This document shows positions 50,824 through 59,163 of a DNA stretch of 64,000 bases, one piece after another. The stretch's first letter is position 1, and each line of letters begins with the position of its first letter. The stretch is taken from assembly GCA_035515235.1 (NCBI GenBank), contig DATJBS010000031.1:53523-117522 (forward strand), in the 5' to 3' direction. Both the position numbers and the translations under genes were made by a program. Below the pieces are notes generated by a model. It worked only from the letters and a program-made list of their open reading frames with translations. It searched no databases and was not told where the DNA came from. The DNA comes from Chitinophagales bacterium. GTDB lineage: Bacteria > Bacteroidota > Bacteroidia > Chitinophagales > JADIYW01.

Positions 50824-51369
50824 TTGATCCCAAGAAGAAGAATGGCTCCACCAGCCAAAAAAGTAAACGAACACCGACTTAACAGAGAAATTACTGCTCC
50901 TGAAATTAGATTAGTAGGGGATAACGTTGAGCCAGTGGTCATGAATACCATGGCAGCTATAGCTATGGCTGAAGAACAAGAGTTAGACTTAGTAGAAATA
51001 TCTCCTAAAGCTGTTCCTCCTGTTTGTAAAATCATGGACTATAAAAAATTCCTTTACGAAAAGAAAAGAAAAGAAAAGGAATTAAAAGCGAAAGCTCATA
51101 AAACTGAAATTAAAGAAATTAGATTTTCACCTAATACGGATGATCATGATTTAGATTTCAAGAAAAAACATGCTATTAAATTTTTGGGCGAAGGTGCTAA
51201 AGTAAAAATTTATGTGCAGTTCAAAGGTCGTGCAATCATGTTTAAAGACAGAGGTGAATTGTTACTTTTACAATTTGCTCAAAGTTTAGATGAATATGGT
51301 TCATTAGAAAGCATGCCTAACTTGGAAGGAAAAAGAATGATTGCATTTATTGCTCCTAAGAAGAAATAG
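50824..51369 (+). CDS. infC: translation initiation factor IF-3
   Basis: HRLNREITAPEIRLVGDNVEP and LDLVEISPKAVPPVCKIMDYKKFLYE. The start is ambiguous (TTG 50824 or ATG 50842). Confidence 0.95.
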   Translation: MIPRRRMAPPAKKVNEHRLNREITAPEIRLVGDNVEPVVMNTMAAIAMAEEQELDLVEISPKAVPPVCKIMDYKKFLYEKKRKEKELKAKAHKTEIKEIRFSPNTDDHDLDFKKKHAIKFLGEGAKVKIYVQFKGRAIMFKDRGELLLLQFAQSLDEYGSLESMPNLEGKRMIAFIAPKKK

Positions 51370-51394
51370 ATATTTCATATCTGTAATAATAGAA

Positions 51395-51430
51395 AGTTAA
51401 TTGGGTCTTTGGATTCAATTAACTTTTTTG
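51395..51430 (+). terminator. intrinsic terminator after infC
   Basis: agttaattg/caattaact stem followed by T6. Confidence 0.7.
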
Positions 51431-51452
51431 TTTAGAGCATTCAGTTATAATT

Positions 51453-51641
51453 CTATTGGAAAATAAAGAATATCCAAAGCAATCCTTTAAACTCGCCTAC
51501 AAGTGGACCGATAATTATCGAACTCCAAAACCCATGAGTTTGTGCCCATTCCCACCAAAAGTATAAGGTCATGAATTGACTGATGATGAGATAGATATAT
51601 GCTAATATCACAAGAATTCCTGTTCCATTATTATTACTCAT
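51453..51641 (-). CDS. small two-helix membrane protein, hypothetical
   Basis: 62-aa hydrophobic ORF with no homology recognised. Confidence 0.3.
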   Translation of the reverse strand: MSNNNGTGILVILAYIYLIISQFMTLYFWWEWAQTHGFWSSIIIGPLVGEFKGLLWIFFIFQ

Positions 51642-51784
51642 ACAGCTTTATTTTAGAAATTAGATTTGCTTGAAATTATATCTTTAAATGTAGAAATAAA
51701 TAATCTTAAAATAGTTTGTATTAATGAATATTACTGAGAAAATAATTATGAAATAAGAGGATGATATATTGATGAAGAGTTTTA

Positions 51785-52087
51785 TTATGTTAATTTACTA
51801 CTGTCTGGATTTTTACGATTAGAAAAGAATGAAAGAATTTCAATAAAACCTTCTTTTTCTCTATAATATAAAGAGTTGTACTTTTTAATTACTATTCTTC
51901 TAATTCCGTTAGTTTCGGAAAAGGGAAATAGTTTTGGGTTTCTAGAAATAATTTTTAAAATATTATCAATTTCAGAAGAAAGTTTCCGGAGTTCTTTAGA
52001 TGTAAAGTTGTCTTCAAGATATTTATAGGTTTCTTCTAGTTCAACAAGTGCATAGTCAGTCCAATATATTTTATAGCCACTTTCCAT
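51785..52087 (-). CDS. type II toxin-antitoxin system RelE/ParE-family toxin
   Basis: 100 aa; YKIYWTDYALVELEETYKYL...NPKLFP...RRIVIKKYNSLYYR follows the ParE/RelE pattern. It overlaps the upstream small gene by 17 nt. Confidence 0.65.
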   Translation of the reverse strand: MESGYKIYWTDYALVELEETYKYLEDNFTSKELRKLSSEIDNILKIISRNPKLFPFSETNGIRRIVIKKYNSLYYREKEGFIEILSFFSNRKNPDSSKLT

Positions 52088-52304
52088 ATATTTTTTGAGC
52101 TTCTGAGTTTGATTTTATTTTTCCTTCATTAGCATCAGAAATTCCTTTTTCTATAGATTGCTTTTCTGTATCAGATATTTTATTCCACCAATCGTCTGTT
52201 TCGTTTTTCTTTAAGTCAAGAATTTTTTGAATAAGAGTTGTGTCTTCCAAAGTGGTTAACCATTGAATTAATTCCATTTTCTTATTTTGAATATCAATTT
52301 CCAT
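52071..52304 (-). CDS. putative cognate antitoxin
   Basis: 77-aa ORF upstream of and overlapping the toxin gene. The call rests on position only. Confidence 0.5.
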   Translation of the reverse strand: MEIDIQNKKMELIQWLTTLEDTTLIQKILDLKKNETDDWWNKISDTEKQSIEKGISDANEGKIKSNSEAQKIYGKWL

Positions 52305-52376
52305 ATCCTCTAATTAATCTTCTCTAATTAATCTGTCCATTATATTAATAGCTTATTTAAAATTACTAATAATAAA

Positions 52377-52937
52377 CTAAATATTCGATCTGTGGTTTTG
52401 ACTCATTTTAATAATCTTCGTACAAATATCTTCAGCTATTGCTCTTTTTTGATACATGTTATGATTTTCATTTTCATAAATATGTCTTTTGATGTCCATT
52501 TTTAGAAACCAATCTTCATCAGGTTGGTAGGTGTCATTTGCTCCATAAAACAATTCTATTATTCCTAAAGGTTGATTTGTTTCAATTCTCAATCGGGTAG
52601 AGGATATAGCGAAGATACTTTTGGTTTTCAAACCAGAAATTGCTGCTTTCCAAGCAATAGTTCCACCTATGCTAAATCCTAAAACATGAACTTTCTCTTG
52701 CTCTTTTTGAAGAATATTTTCTACTGCTTTTTGTATTCCAATAGTGATGAACTGCTGATGTAGCTGCTTTTCAGAATATTCGCTTTTGTCAATATTTCCT
52801 AAGTCACAACAATCATAATAATGAATGTCAAAATGATTTTCTAAAAGTGAAGTATAGTATGAAATCCATTCAGATTTTTCTTTACCCCATAAATCTGAAA
52901 GAATAATGAGTCTTTCTTTTTTTAATTGGTTATTCAT
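52377..52937 (-). CDS. small alpha/beta-hydrolase-fold protein
   Basis: HVLGFSIGG is a GxSxG nucleophile elbow. Confidence 0.55.
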   Translation of the reverse strand: MNNQLKKERLIILSDLWGKEKSEWISYYTSLLENHFDIHYYDCCDLGNIDKSEYSEKQLHQQFITIGIQKAVENILQKEQEKVHVLGFSIGGTIAWKAAISGLKTKSIFAISSTRLRIETNQPLGIIELFYGANDTYQPDEDWFLKMDIKRHIYENENHNMYQKRAIAEDICTKIIKMSQNHRSNI

Positions 52938-52957
52938 GGGGAGCTTTTGGTATATAC

Positions 52958-53638
52958 TTATGCTTCGGTTGTAAGGTCTAGTTTCTTATTTGATAATCCT
53001 ATGAAGCCTCTAAGAACACCAAGAATAAGTGCAATAGGAAGTATTAGAATGCCGCCGATGATCATGCTCAACTCATAAAATATTGAACTTTCTTTAAACA
53101 CTATACCTTTACGTCTAGAGCTAAATGCGCTATATGGAATTCCATAAATATTTCCTGTAAGCATCACTTGACATGCAGAAAAAATAATCTCTGCTTGCTC
53201 TTCACCATATTCATTAATAATCGAGTCAAAAGCATATTTTTTAGGAAAGCCTCTAGCATCTGCAAAATGTTGAGCGAAAATTATTGCTTTTGCTTCTTCA
53301 GGACGAATAAAATCATCACCACCACTTAAAAAGCTACTGATTTCTTCATTGCTCATGCCCATTTGTAATGCCATTTTAGTATGCTGATACGAGCAAGCAG
53401 GACAACCGTTCACCTCAGTAATTGCCAATTGTAAACGTTCTATAAATTTTTTGTCTACTAAGTTGCTTTTTTTATTCGATATTAATTTTGACATTGCTCT
53501 TGGTGTATACATTAGAGCACGATACAGTTCACCAAAACTAAATTTGCGTTTATATTCTGTTCTAGAAATAATTGGATCCGATAATATTATTTGCTTTTCC
53601 ATTTTAATATTTATGTATTCATTTATCAATCTGAACAC
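52958..53638 (-). CDS. AhpD-like / carboxymuconolactone decarboxylase family protein with a C-terminal TM helix
   Basis: VNGCPACSYQHTKMAL is a CxxC-containing AhpD-like motif. Confidence 0.65.
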   Translation of the reverse strand: MFRLINEYINIKMEKQIILSDPIISRTEYKRKFSFGELYRALMYTPRAMSKLISNKKSNLVDKKFIERLQLAITEVNGCPACSYQHTKMALQMGMSNEEISSFLSGGDDFIRPEEAKAIIFAQHFADARGFPKKYAFDSIINEYGEEQAEIIFSACQVMLTGNIYGIPYSAFSSRRKGIVFKESSIFYELSMIIGGILILPIALILGVLRGFIGLSNKKLDLTTEA

Positions 53639-53713
53639 ATCTCTATCTATTATGTTTTATTGTGAAGCCACACTTGTCCCTTTCATAACATTGGTTTTGG
53701 GCACATCGTAGAA

Positions 53714-55177
53714 TTATCGCAAATCCAAATCCTTAATTTCAATACCTAATGCTTGAGCAACACCTTCTCCGTAGGCAGCATCTGCCTTGTAGCAATTGGT
53801 AATATGTCTTTCTTGAATAAATCTTTCAGCTCCACCAACTTCGCAAGCAGTGTTTTCAAACAAGATTTGTTGTTGCTTCTTATTCATTAACCTAAATAAG
53901 TTGCCCGGTTGGGTATAGTAATCTTCATCTTCTCTATGGTCATAATGAAAAGCAGCACCTTGAAGTTCTAAGGCAGGTTCAGCAAACTCTTTTTGTTCTT
54001 GCCACTGTCCATAGCTATTTGGCTCATAGTGGATTGTAGCGCCTTCGTTGCCATCTACACGCATTGCGCCGTCACGATGTGGATTGTGAAAAGGACACTT
54101 AGGTTTGTTTACAGGAATTTGATAGTGATTGACACCTAATCTATATCGCTGTGCATCGCCATAAGAAAATAGACGCCCTTGTAGCATTCTGTCTGGAGAA
54201 AATCCTATTCCTGGGACTACATTTGCAGGATTAAAAGCAGCTTGCTCTACATCTGCAAAATAATTTTCAGGATTTCTATTGAGTTCCATAATTCCTACAT
54301 CTATCAAAGGATAATCTGCATGTGGCCAAACTTTTGTCAAGTCAAATGGATCAAAGCGGTAGGTGTGTGCGTCTGCTTCAGGCATAATTTGAACTTTTAG
54401 TTTCCATTGAGGGAAATCGCCTTTTTCAATAGCCGTAAATAAGTCTCTTTGATTACTTTCTCTATCATGACTTATAATTGCTGCTGCTTCGTCATTGGTT
54501 AAGTTTTGAATTCCTTGTTGACATACAAAATGAAATTTCACCCAATGTCTTTCATTATTAGCATTGATAAAACTAAAAGTATGACTGCCAAAGCCGTGCA
54601 TATGTCGATAAGATTTTGGAATACCTCTGTCGCTCATGACGATAGTCACTTGATGAAGAGCTTCGGGTAAAAGTGTCCAAAAGTCCCAGTTATTATTTGC
54701 ACTTCGAAGATTGGTTTGTGGATCGCGTTTAACGGCTTTATTGAGATCTGGAAATTTATACGGATCTTTTAAAAAGAAAACAGGAGTATTGTTACCTGCT
54801 AAGTCCCAATTACCTTCTTCTGTATAAAATTTGAGAGCAAAACCTCGGATATCTCTTTCGGCATCTGCTGCACCTCTTTCTCCGGCTACTGTGGAGAAAC
54901 GAGCAAACATTTCAGTTTTCTTCCCAATTTGAGAAAATATTTTTGCTTTTGTGTACTGTGAAATATCGTGCGTCACTGTAAATGTTCCAAATGCTCCCGA
55001 ACCTTTGGCGTGCATTCTTCTTTCAGGAATGACTTCTCTGTCAAAGTGTGCTAGTTTTTCTAGAAACCAAAAGTCTTCTAAAAGCATTGGACCTCTTATT
55101 CCGGCAGTTTTTACATTTTGATTTTCAGCAATCGGTCTTCCAGAAACCGAATTTAGTTTTTTCTTTTCTTCAGACAT
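53714..55177 (-). CDS. monofunctional heme catalase (small-subunit type)
   Basis: [33 protein letters not shown] and [14 protein letters not shown]. Length is 487 aa. Confidence 0.97.
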   Translation of the reverse strand: MSEEKKKLNSVSGRPIAENQNVKTAGIRGPMLLEDFWFLEKLAHFDREVIPERRMHAKGSGAFGTFTVTHDISQYTKAKIFSQIGKKTEMFARFSTVAGERGAADAERDIRGFALKFYTEEGNWDLAGNNTPVFFLKDPYKFPDLNKAVKRDPQTNLRSANNNWDFWTLLPEALHQVTIVMSDRGIPKSYRHMHGFGSHTFSFINANNERHWVKFHFVCQQGIQNLTNDEAAAIISHDRESNQRDLFTAIEKGDFPQWKLKVQIMPEADAHTYRFDPFDLTKVWPHADYPLIDVGIMELNRNPENYFADVEQAAFNPANVVPGIGFSPDRMLQGRLFSYGDAQRYRLGVNHYQIPVNKPKCPFHNPHRDGAMRVDGNEGATIHYEPNSYGQWQEQKEFAEPALELQGAAFHYDHREDEDYYTQPGNLFRLMNKKQQQILFENTACEVGGAERFIQERHITNCYKADAAYGEGVAQALGIEIKDLDLR

Positions 55178-55448
55178 TTTATATCGTTTTATGTATTTAG
55201 ATGGATTTTAGCAATGCAGTAAATGAGCATATATTCAATTTACGCATATAAAATCACACTTAATAACTTTGTAACAACGAATTTACATAAAATGTAAATA
55301 TTTTAGAATCACATCAACAGATTATAAAGGAAATTCACTGTTGCTGAACACTAAATGTTGGATATCTAAGAGTGCAAAAAGCTATAGTTTTCTATTTGAA
55401 ATCAATTTTTTGATTAGAAATAAAATGTTTTATGTTCTATTTCTAATT

Positions 55449-56210
55449 TTAGATTTCAATATCATTATTCTCTAAAAGTTCAATGATCCTTCTTAAATCT
55501 TGATTCATATTTCTGATGATTTTATTTTCTTCATCACAATCGAAAATAGAATAAGAAATTTCAATGAGCTGCTTTCCATTTTTTGGCAGAACAATTCTCT
55601 TACGTTCGTCATAGATTTTACGCTGTTCATATCTATTGACTCCACTTACAGTTTTCACAAATTGGTTACTAGAAAAGTGCTGAGCTGAATTTTGTTGTGA
55701 TTCTTTGTATTCAATCACTAAATTCAAATCTTCATAATAGGCATCTACTGGTAATTCTGTGGTCGTTTTTCCATCTTTATGTAAATCTCCAACTAGGAAA
55801 TCAAATCTATATTGACGTTGAGCTGTTCGGTTAAGCAAGTTATCACACAAGTCAATAACATAAGATTCATCACTTAACTGTCTAACTTTTTTAGCTTCTA
55901 TCTTTTTACTTGAAACTTCTTCTTGTTTATAAGAAGTGCTAGGTTTTTCTGCATTTTCGGGAATAAAATACCAATAAATATCTTTCTCCTTTCGATCAGC
56001 ATGTATGTATGGGATTAAACCTAATTGGTTGTTTTTATCTAAAGCTCTTAAAATATCTCTAATTGGCTTACCATTTTTGTTGTCTTTCATAAAAACACCG
56101 GCTTTGATAAGTGCTGGCATTAAATCTTTTGCAGGTATAATTTTGATGCTCGGATTTTCTGTAAAAAACGCTTCGATGACGCTATTGATAGTATTGATTT
56201 GTGAGTTCAT
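55449..56210 (-). CDS. hypothetical protein with a C-terminal PD-(D/E)XK-like motif
   Basis: LPVDAYYEDLNLVIEYKE gives D-x10-E-x-K spacing, followed by RYEQRKIYDERKRIVL (Vsr/DUF559-like flavour). The call rests on this motif alone. Confidence 0.45.
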   Translation of the reverse strand: MNSQINTINSVIEAFFTENPSIKIIPAKDLMPALIKAGVFMKDNKNGKPIRDILRALDKNNQLGLIPYIHADRKEKDIYWYFIPENAEKPSTSYKQEEVSSKKIEAKKVRQLSDESYVIDLCDNLLNRTAQRQYRFDFLVGDLHKDGKTTTELPVDAYYEDLNLVIEYKESQQNSAQHFSSNQFVKTVSGVNRYEQRKIYDERKRIVLPKNGKQLIEISYSIFDCDEENKIIRNMNQDLRRIIELLENNDIEI

Positions 56211-56490
56211 AATTTTTAAATTTGTTTTATCAAAAAACGGATTTTAATCGTCCAAGATTTTTGATAAAAAGAGTGGAAGGTTTGTTAATCTTATGAAGTC
56301 ATTTCAAGAATTCTGCTCCTGAAAAGATACTATCATTTGATACACTCAAAAATATGAAAAACAAAGGTATTTAACTGTTTTATTCGTACAACTGTACTGA
56401 ATTATAATACAGTTTGGGTGATAATAAAGAAAAATGCCTCATTCTTAAATAATAAAAGAAATGAAGCCTAATTATTTAATCATAGGTTAT

Positions 56491-56838
56491 TTAATGCTTA
56501 CGGCAGCAGCCATCCAATTTAGCAACTGATTCTGCAGGAGCTTTCATATCATCAGCATCGTAACCTGCATTGTTTATTGTTTTTCTGATAGCATCAGGAT
56601 GAATTTTATTGGCATCATAATCCACTGTAATAGTGTTCGCTTTAGCATCAATTTTCACTTTTTTTATTCCTTTGTTGGATCTCACATTGATATTAATATT
56701 GTTTCCACAACTACCGCATTGAAGACAATGGTCACAATAAATTTGTGTTTCTATTACAATAGTTTGAATGTTTGAGTTTTTTGCAAACACGCTACTAGAA
56801 AGTGCAGTTAATAATAAAGTGAATATGATTTTTTTCAT
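56491..56838 (-). CDS. secreted heavy-metal-associated (HMA)-like domain protein
   Basis: Signal peptide, a YCDHCLQCGSCGNN Cys cluster, an HMA-like core (ITVDYDANKIHPDAIRKTINNAGYDA), and a C-terminal GCCRKH. Confidence 0.65.
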   Translation of the reverse strand: MKKIIFTLLLTALSSSVFAKNSNIQTIVIETQIYCDHCLQCGSCGNNININVRSNKGIKKVKIDAKANTITVDYDANKIHPDAIRKTINNAGYDADDMKAPAESVAKLDGCCRKH

Positions 56839-56909
56839 AGTTTGTTATTGTTAATTATTTAGATTTTGAATCCAAAAGCCAAAATACTTTTGTTCTTAAA
56901 ATTTTGAAA

Positions 56910-57281
56910 TTATATGGACATTTCTTGAAATTTCTTTCTGAATTCTAGTGGGCTTTTAATGTTAGGAAATACTTCTTTTGTTCCACCTGAACCTACAATA
57001 CTTAGAGATCCGTAGCCAAGAATTCTACCTAAAATACTTTGATCTACATTAACGCTTTCAATTTTTGAATGGTTCATTTCAAATGTTTTCCTGCTAATTA
57101 ATCCAGTTTTAATGATCACTCGTTTATTAGTGACTGCAAATTCGTCTGTATATCTAGCAATTAATGGTATTGTGAATAACGAAAAAATGGCTTTAAAGCT
57201 ACAGAAGATGATCCAATGATAGGAGGTTTCTAACTCTACGTGTTCGTTTTTAACTAGATTGCTATTGATGTAATGGCCCAT
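56910..57281 (-). CDS. bPH_2 (YdbT/DUF304-like) membrane PH-domain protein
   Basis: Two N-terminal TM segments, then TNKRVIIKTGLISRKTFEMNHSKIESVNVDQSILGRILGYGSL. Confidence 0.7.
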   Translation of the reverse strand: MGHYINSNLVKNEHVELETSYHWIIFCSFKAIFSLFTIPLIARYTDEFAVTNKRVIIKTGLISRKTFEMNHSKIESVNVDQSILGRILGYGSLSIVGSGGTKEVFPNIKSPLEFRKKFQEMSI

Positions 57282-57352
57282 TTTTTAAGATATAATTCCT
57301 TGAATTTACGATGTAATATTGTTTTATTCTATTTTAATTTATTGATGAGCTT

Positions 57353-57882
57353 TTACTTTTCACAAATAGAGCAATTGGATTCTCCAGTTAAATGTCCATT
57401 TTTATCAAATTCATATTTACAACATTCGTTGAATCTTTTCTTTAAAATTTCTTTTACTCTTCTAATTCTTACTTTTACATTTTCAAGACTGATGTCTAAT
57501 GTGGCTGCTACCTCTTTTTGTTTTAGGCCTTTTATATAAACTAGTTCAATCACTTCTTTGTAAATCTCGGGCAGTTCATTGATGAATTTATCAAAACAGC
57601 AGATATGTTGATATTGTTGAAGAGCGATCTCTTGATTGCTGTCTATTTCGTCTGTATATACAGTTTCATTATTGAAATAATTGATGATTTCATTTCTTGC
57701 AATTTGAAAACCCAAGCTCTCACTTTTTCTTCATTTTTAAGACTAGAAAGATTTAAATGAATTTTCAAAAAAGTATTTTGGAAAACATCATTTGCAGCAT
57801 TTTTACTCTTTACCTTTTTAAGGATAAAAAAGTAAAGTTCTTGATTGTAATTATTCCAAATCGTTTGCGTTTCCATCTTCAA
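57353..57882 (-). pseudogene. ECF-type sigma-70 factor with a Cys-rich C-terminal extension, split by a 1-nt frameshift in an A4/T4 run (57707-57710)
   Basis: The region-2-like N-terminal ORF (57643..57882) ends ...EEKVRAWVF. The region-4-like C-terminal ORF (57353..57715) starts GFQIARNEIINYF. One extra T restores W-V-F-Q-I-A-R-N. The tail reads CCKYEFDKNGHLTGESNCSIC. Confidence 0.75.
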
Positions 57883-57916
57883 AAATAAATAAAGCTTAGC
57901 CCTCAGACTAAGCTTT
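57881..57916 (-). terminator. hairpin plus T-rich tract between the Cys-rich small ORF and the sigma gene
   Basis: aaagcttag/ctaagcttt 9-bp stem (57891-57899 and 57908-57916). The minus-strand continuation is atttattttt. Confidence 0.5.
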
Positions 57917-57925
57917 TAGAAATTA

Positions 57926-58036
57926 TCAACATTCACATTTTGTACATTCGCATTTATCACAAGGACATTCGCTTTCTTTACAATTTTTGCAATTACATTT
58001 TGTGCAATCACAATCGGTACATTTACATTTTCCCAT
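57926..58036 (-). CDS. untracked 36-aa cysteine-rich (13 Cys) metallothionein-like small ORF
   Basis: Manual translation of the minus strand gives MGKCKCTDCDCTKCNCKNCKESECPCDKCECTKCEC-stop. It has a regular CxC/CxxC pattern, lies in the same orientation as the sigma gene, and is followed by a hairpin. Confidence 0.45.
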   Translation of the reverse strand: MGKCKCTDCDCTKCNCKNCKESECPCDKCECTKCEC

Positions 58037-58115
58037 AACAGTAGTTTTTTATTGTTCATTAAGGAGACAGTAGAAGACTAGAAAAGATACATTATTTTTG
58101 ATTTTGTCTTGCTTT

Positions 58116-58137
58116 CATCCAAAATATAATTTGGATG
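58116..58137. promoter_or_regulatory. perfect palindrome catccaaa-N6-tttggatg upstream of the Cys-rich ORF (candidate operator)
   Basis: Read directly. It lies 80-100 nt upstream of the ATG at 58036. The function is inferred only. Confidence 0.25.
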
Positions 58138-58160
58138 GTCGTTATGCTTATAAACAGTTT

Positions 58161-58335
58161 GCTCCTACGGAGCTAGTTTGATGATGATTCTTTTTGGTTT
58201 ACAAACGGTTGGGCTTCTACGGAGCTAGATTGGTGGTGTTTTTCGTTTGCAAAAAAGTATGGTTCCTACGGAGCAGAATTGAGTTTTCACTTTTAAAAGG
58301 CTTTGTTTAAGTTTTTTTATTACTCTGTAGGAGCT
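58161..58335. repeat. REP-like hairpin cluster, 3' side of the RAYT gene
   Basis: gctcCTACggagc at 58161-58173, gcttCTACggagc at 58213-58225, gttcCTACggagc at 58262-58274 and an inverted ctctGTAGgag at 58324-58335. Most carry a (t)tacaaacNgt flank. Confidence 0.85.
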
Positions 58336-58351
58336 AACTGTTTGTTCTGCT

Positions 58352-58813
58352 TTATTCAATCCATTCAAAGAGATATTTTTCATTGTATTCAATTTCATAT
58401 CTTTCTAACATGTCAATATATTCTTTCTTGAATGTTTTGGCTTTATGGTGTTCTTCTTGATTCAATATATACTTGACCACATAATCTATTTGGCTTTTAG
58501 CATATGAAAAAGCGCCATAACCTTCTTGCCAATTGAATTTACCCATTATCCAATTATTGTCATTAATGTATTTGGAGGAGCCTGCCTTAATATCTCTTAC
58601 TAAATTAGAAATTGAAATGTCTGGTTTCATACCCAACAAAATATGAACGTGGTCAGGCATTGCAAAAATTGCTAACATTTTCTGATCTCTATTTTGGACT
58701 ATACCTGTAATGTATTTATGTAATTCTTCTCTCTTGTTTTTTGAAATAAAATTTTGTCTTCCTTTTACGGCAAATACAATTTGGATATAGATTTGGGTGT
58801 AGGTGTTAGGCAT
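58352..58813 (-). mobile_element. IS200-like Y1 (HUH) transposase of the REP-associated (RAYT) type
   Basis: HUH motif in MPDHVHILLG. The conserved C-terminal region YILNQEEHH is present. The gene is 153 aa, a single gene with no tnpB, and is flanked by hairpin repeats. Confidence 0.8.
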
Positions 58814-58834
58814 ATTTGTTGATTTTAATAGGTC

Positions 58835-59090
58835 GCTCCTCCGGAGCTAGATTGGTGGTGGATGCTTTTTGGTTACAAACCGTATGCTCCTACGGAGCAT
58901 AATCGAATTGATAATTTTAAATGTGCAAATCTTATAATTCTAATTTACAAACAAAATTTCATTTTTATCAATAAACGGCATCAGACATACGGGGCTGAAT
59001 TGATTGTATTTTTTGTTTTTATGTATTGTTTGAATAGGTGTTCTTCATTATTGCTCCGTAGGAGCACACCGTTTGTAGCTCCGTAGGAGC
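58835..59090. repeat. REP-like hairpin cluster, 5' side of the RAYT gene
   Basis: gctcctCCggagc at 58835-58847, gctcCTACggagc at 58886-58898, and gctccGTAGgagc at 59053-59065 and 59078-59090. The string ggagctagattggtggtg recurs at 58221-58238 and 58843-58860. Confidence 0.85.
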
Positions 59091-59163
59091 GATCCAAATT
59101 CAAAGACATTTTATCCCAATCCAAATTTATTTATGAATCTGATGATATCATTAAATGCAACAA

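Noticed and set aside
50788-50845. Non-canonical (AUU/AUA) start codon for infC, as in E. coli
   Set aside because: The in-frame codons upstream of the conserved region offer TTG (50824) and ATG (50842) but no in-frame ATT or ATA at a sensible position. The true start cannot be decided from sequence alone.
27476-59095. Prophage, ICE or large mobile island
   Set aside because: No integrase, recombinase, conjugation, capsid or terminase genes were recognised. The only transposase-like gene is the solitary Y1/RAYT-type gene at 58352..58813.
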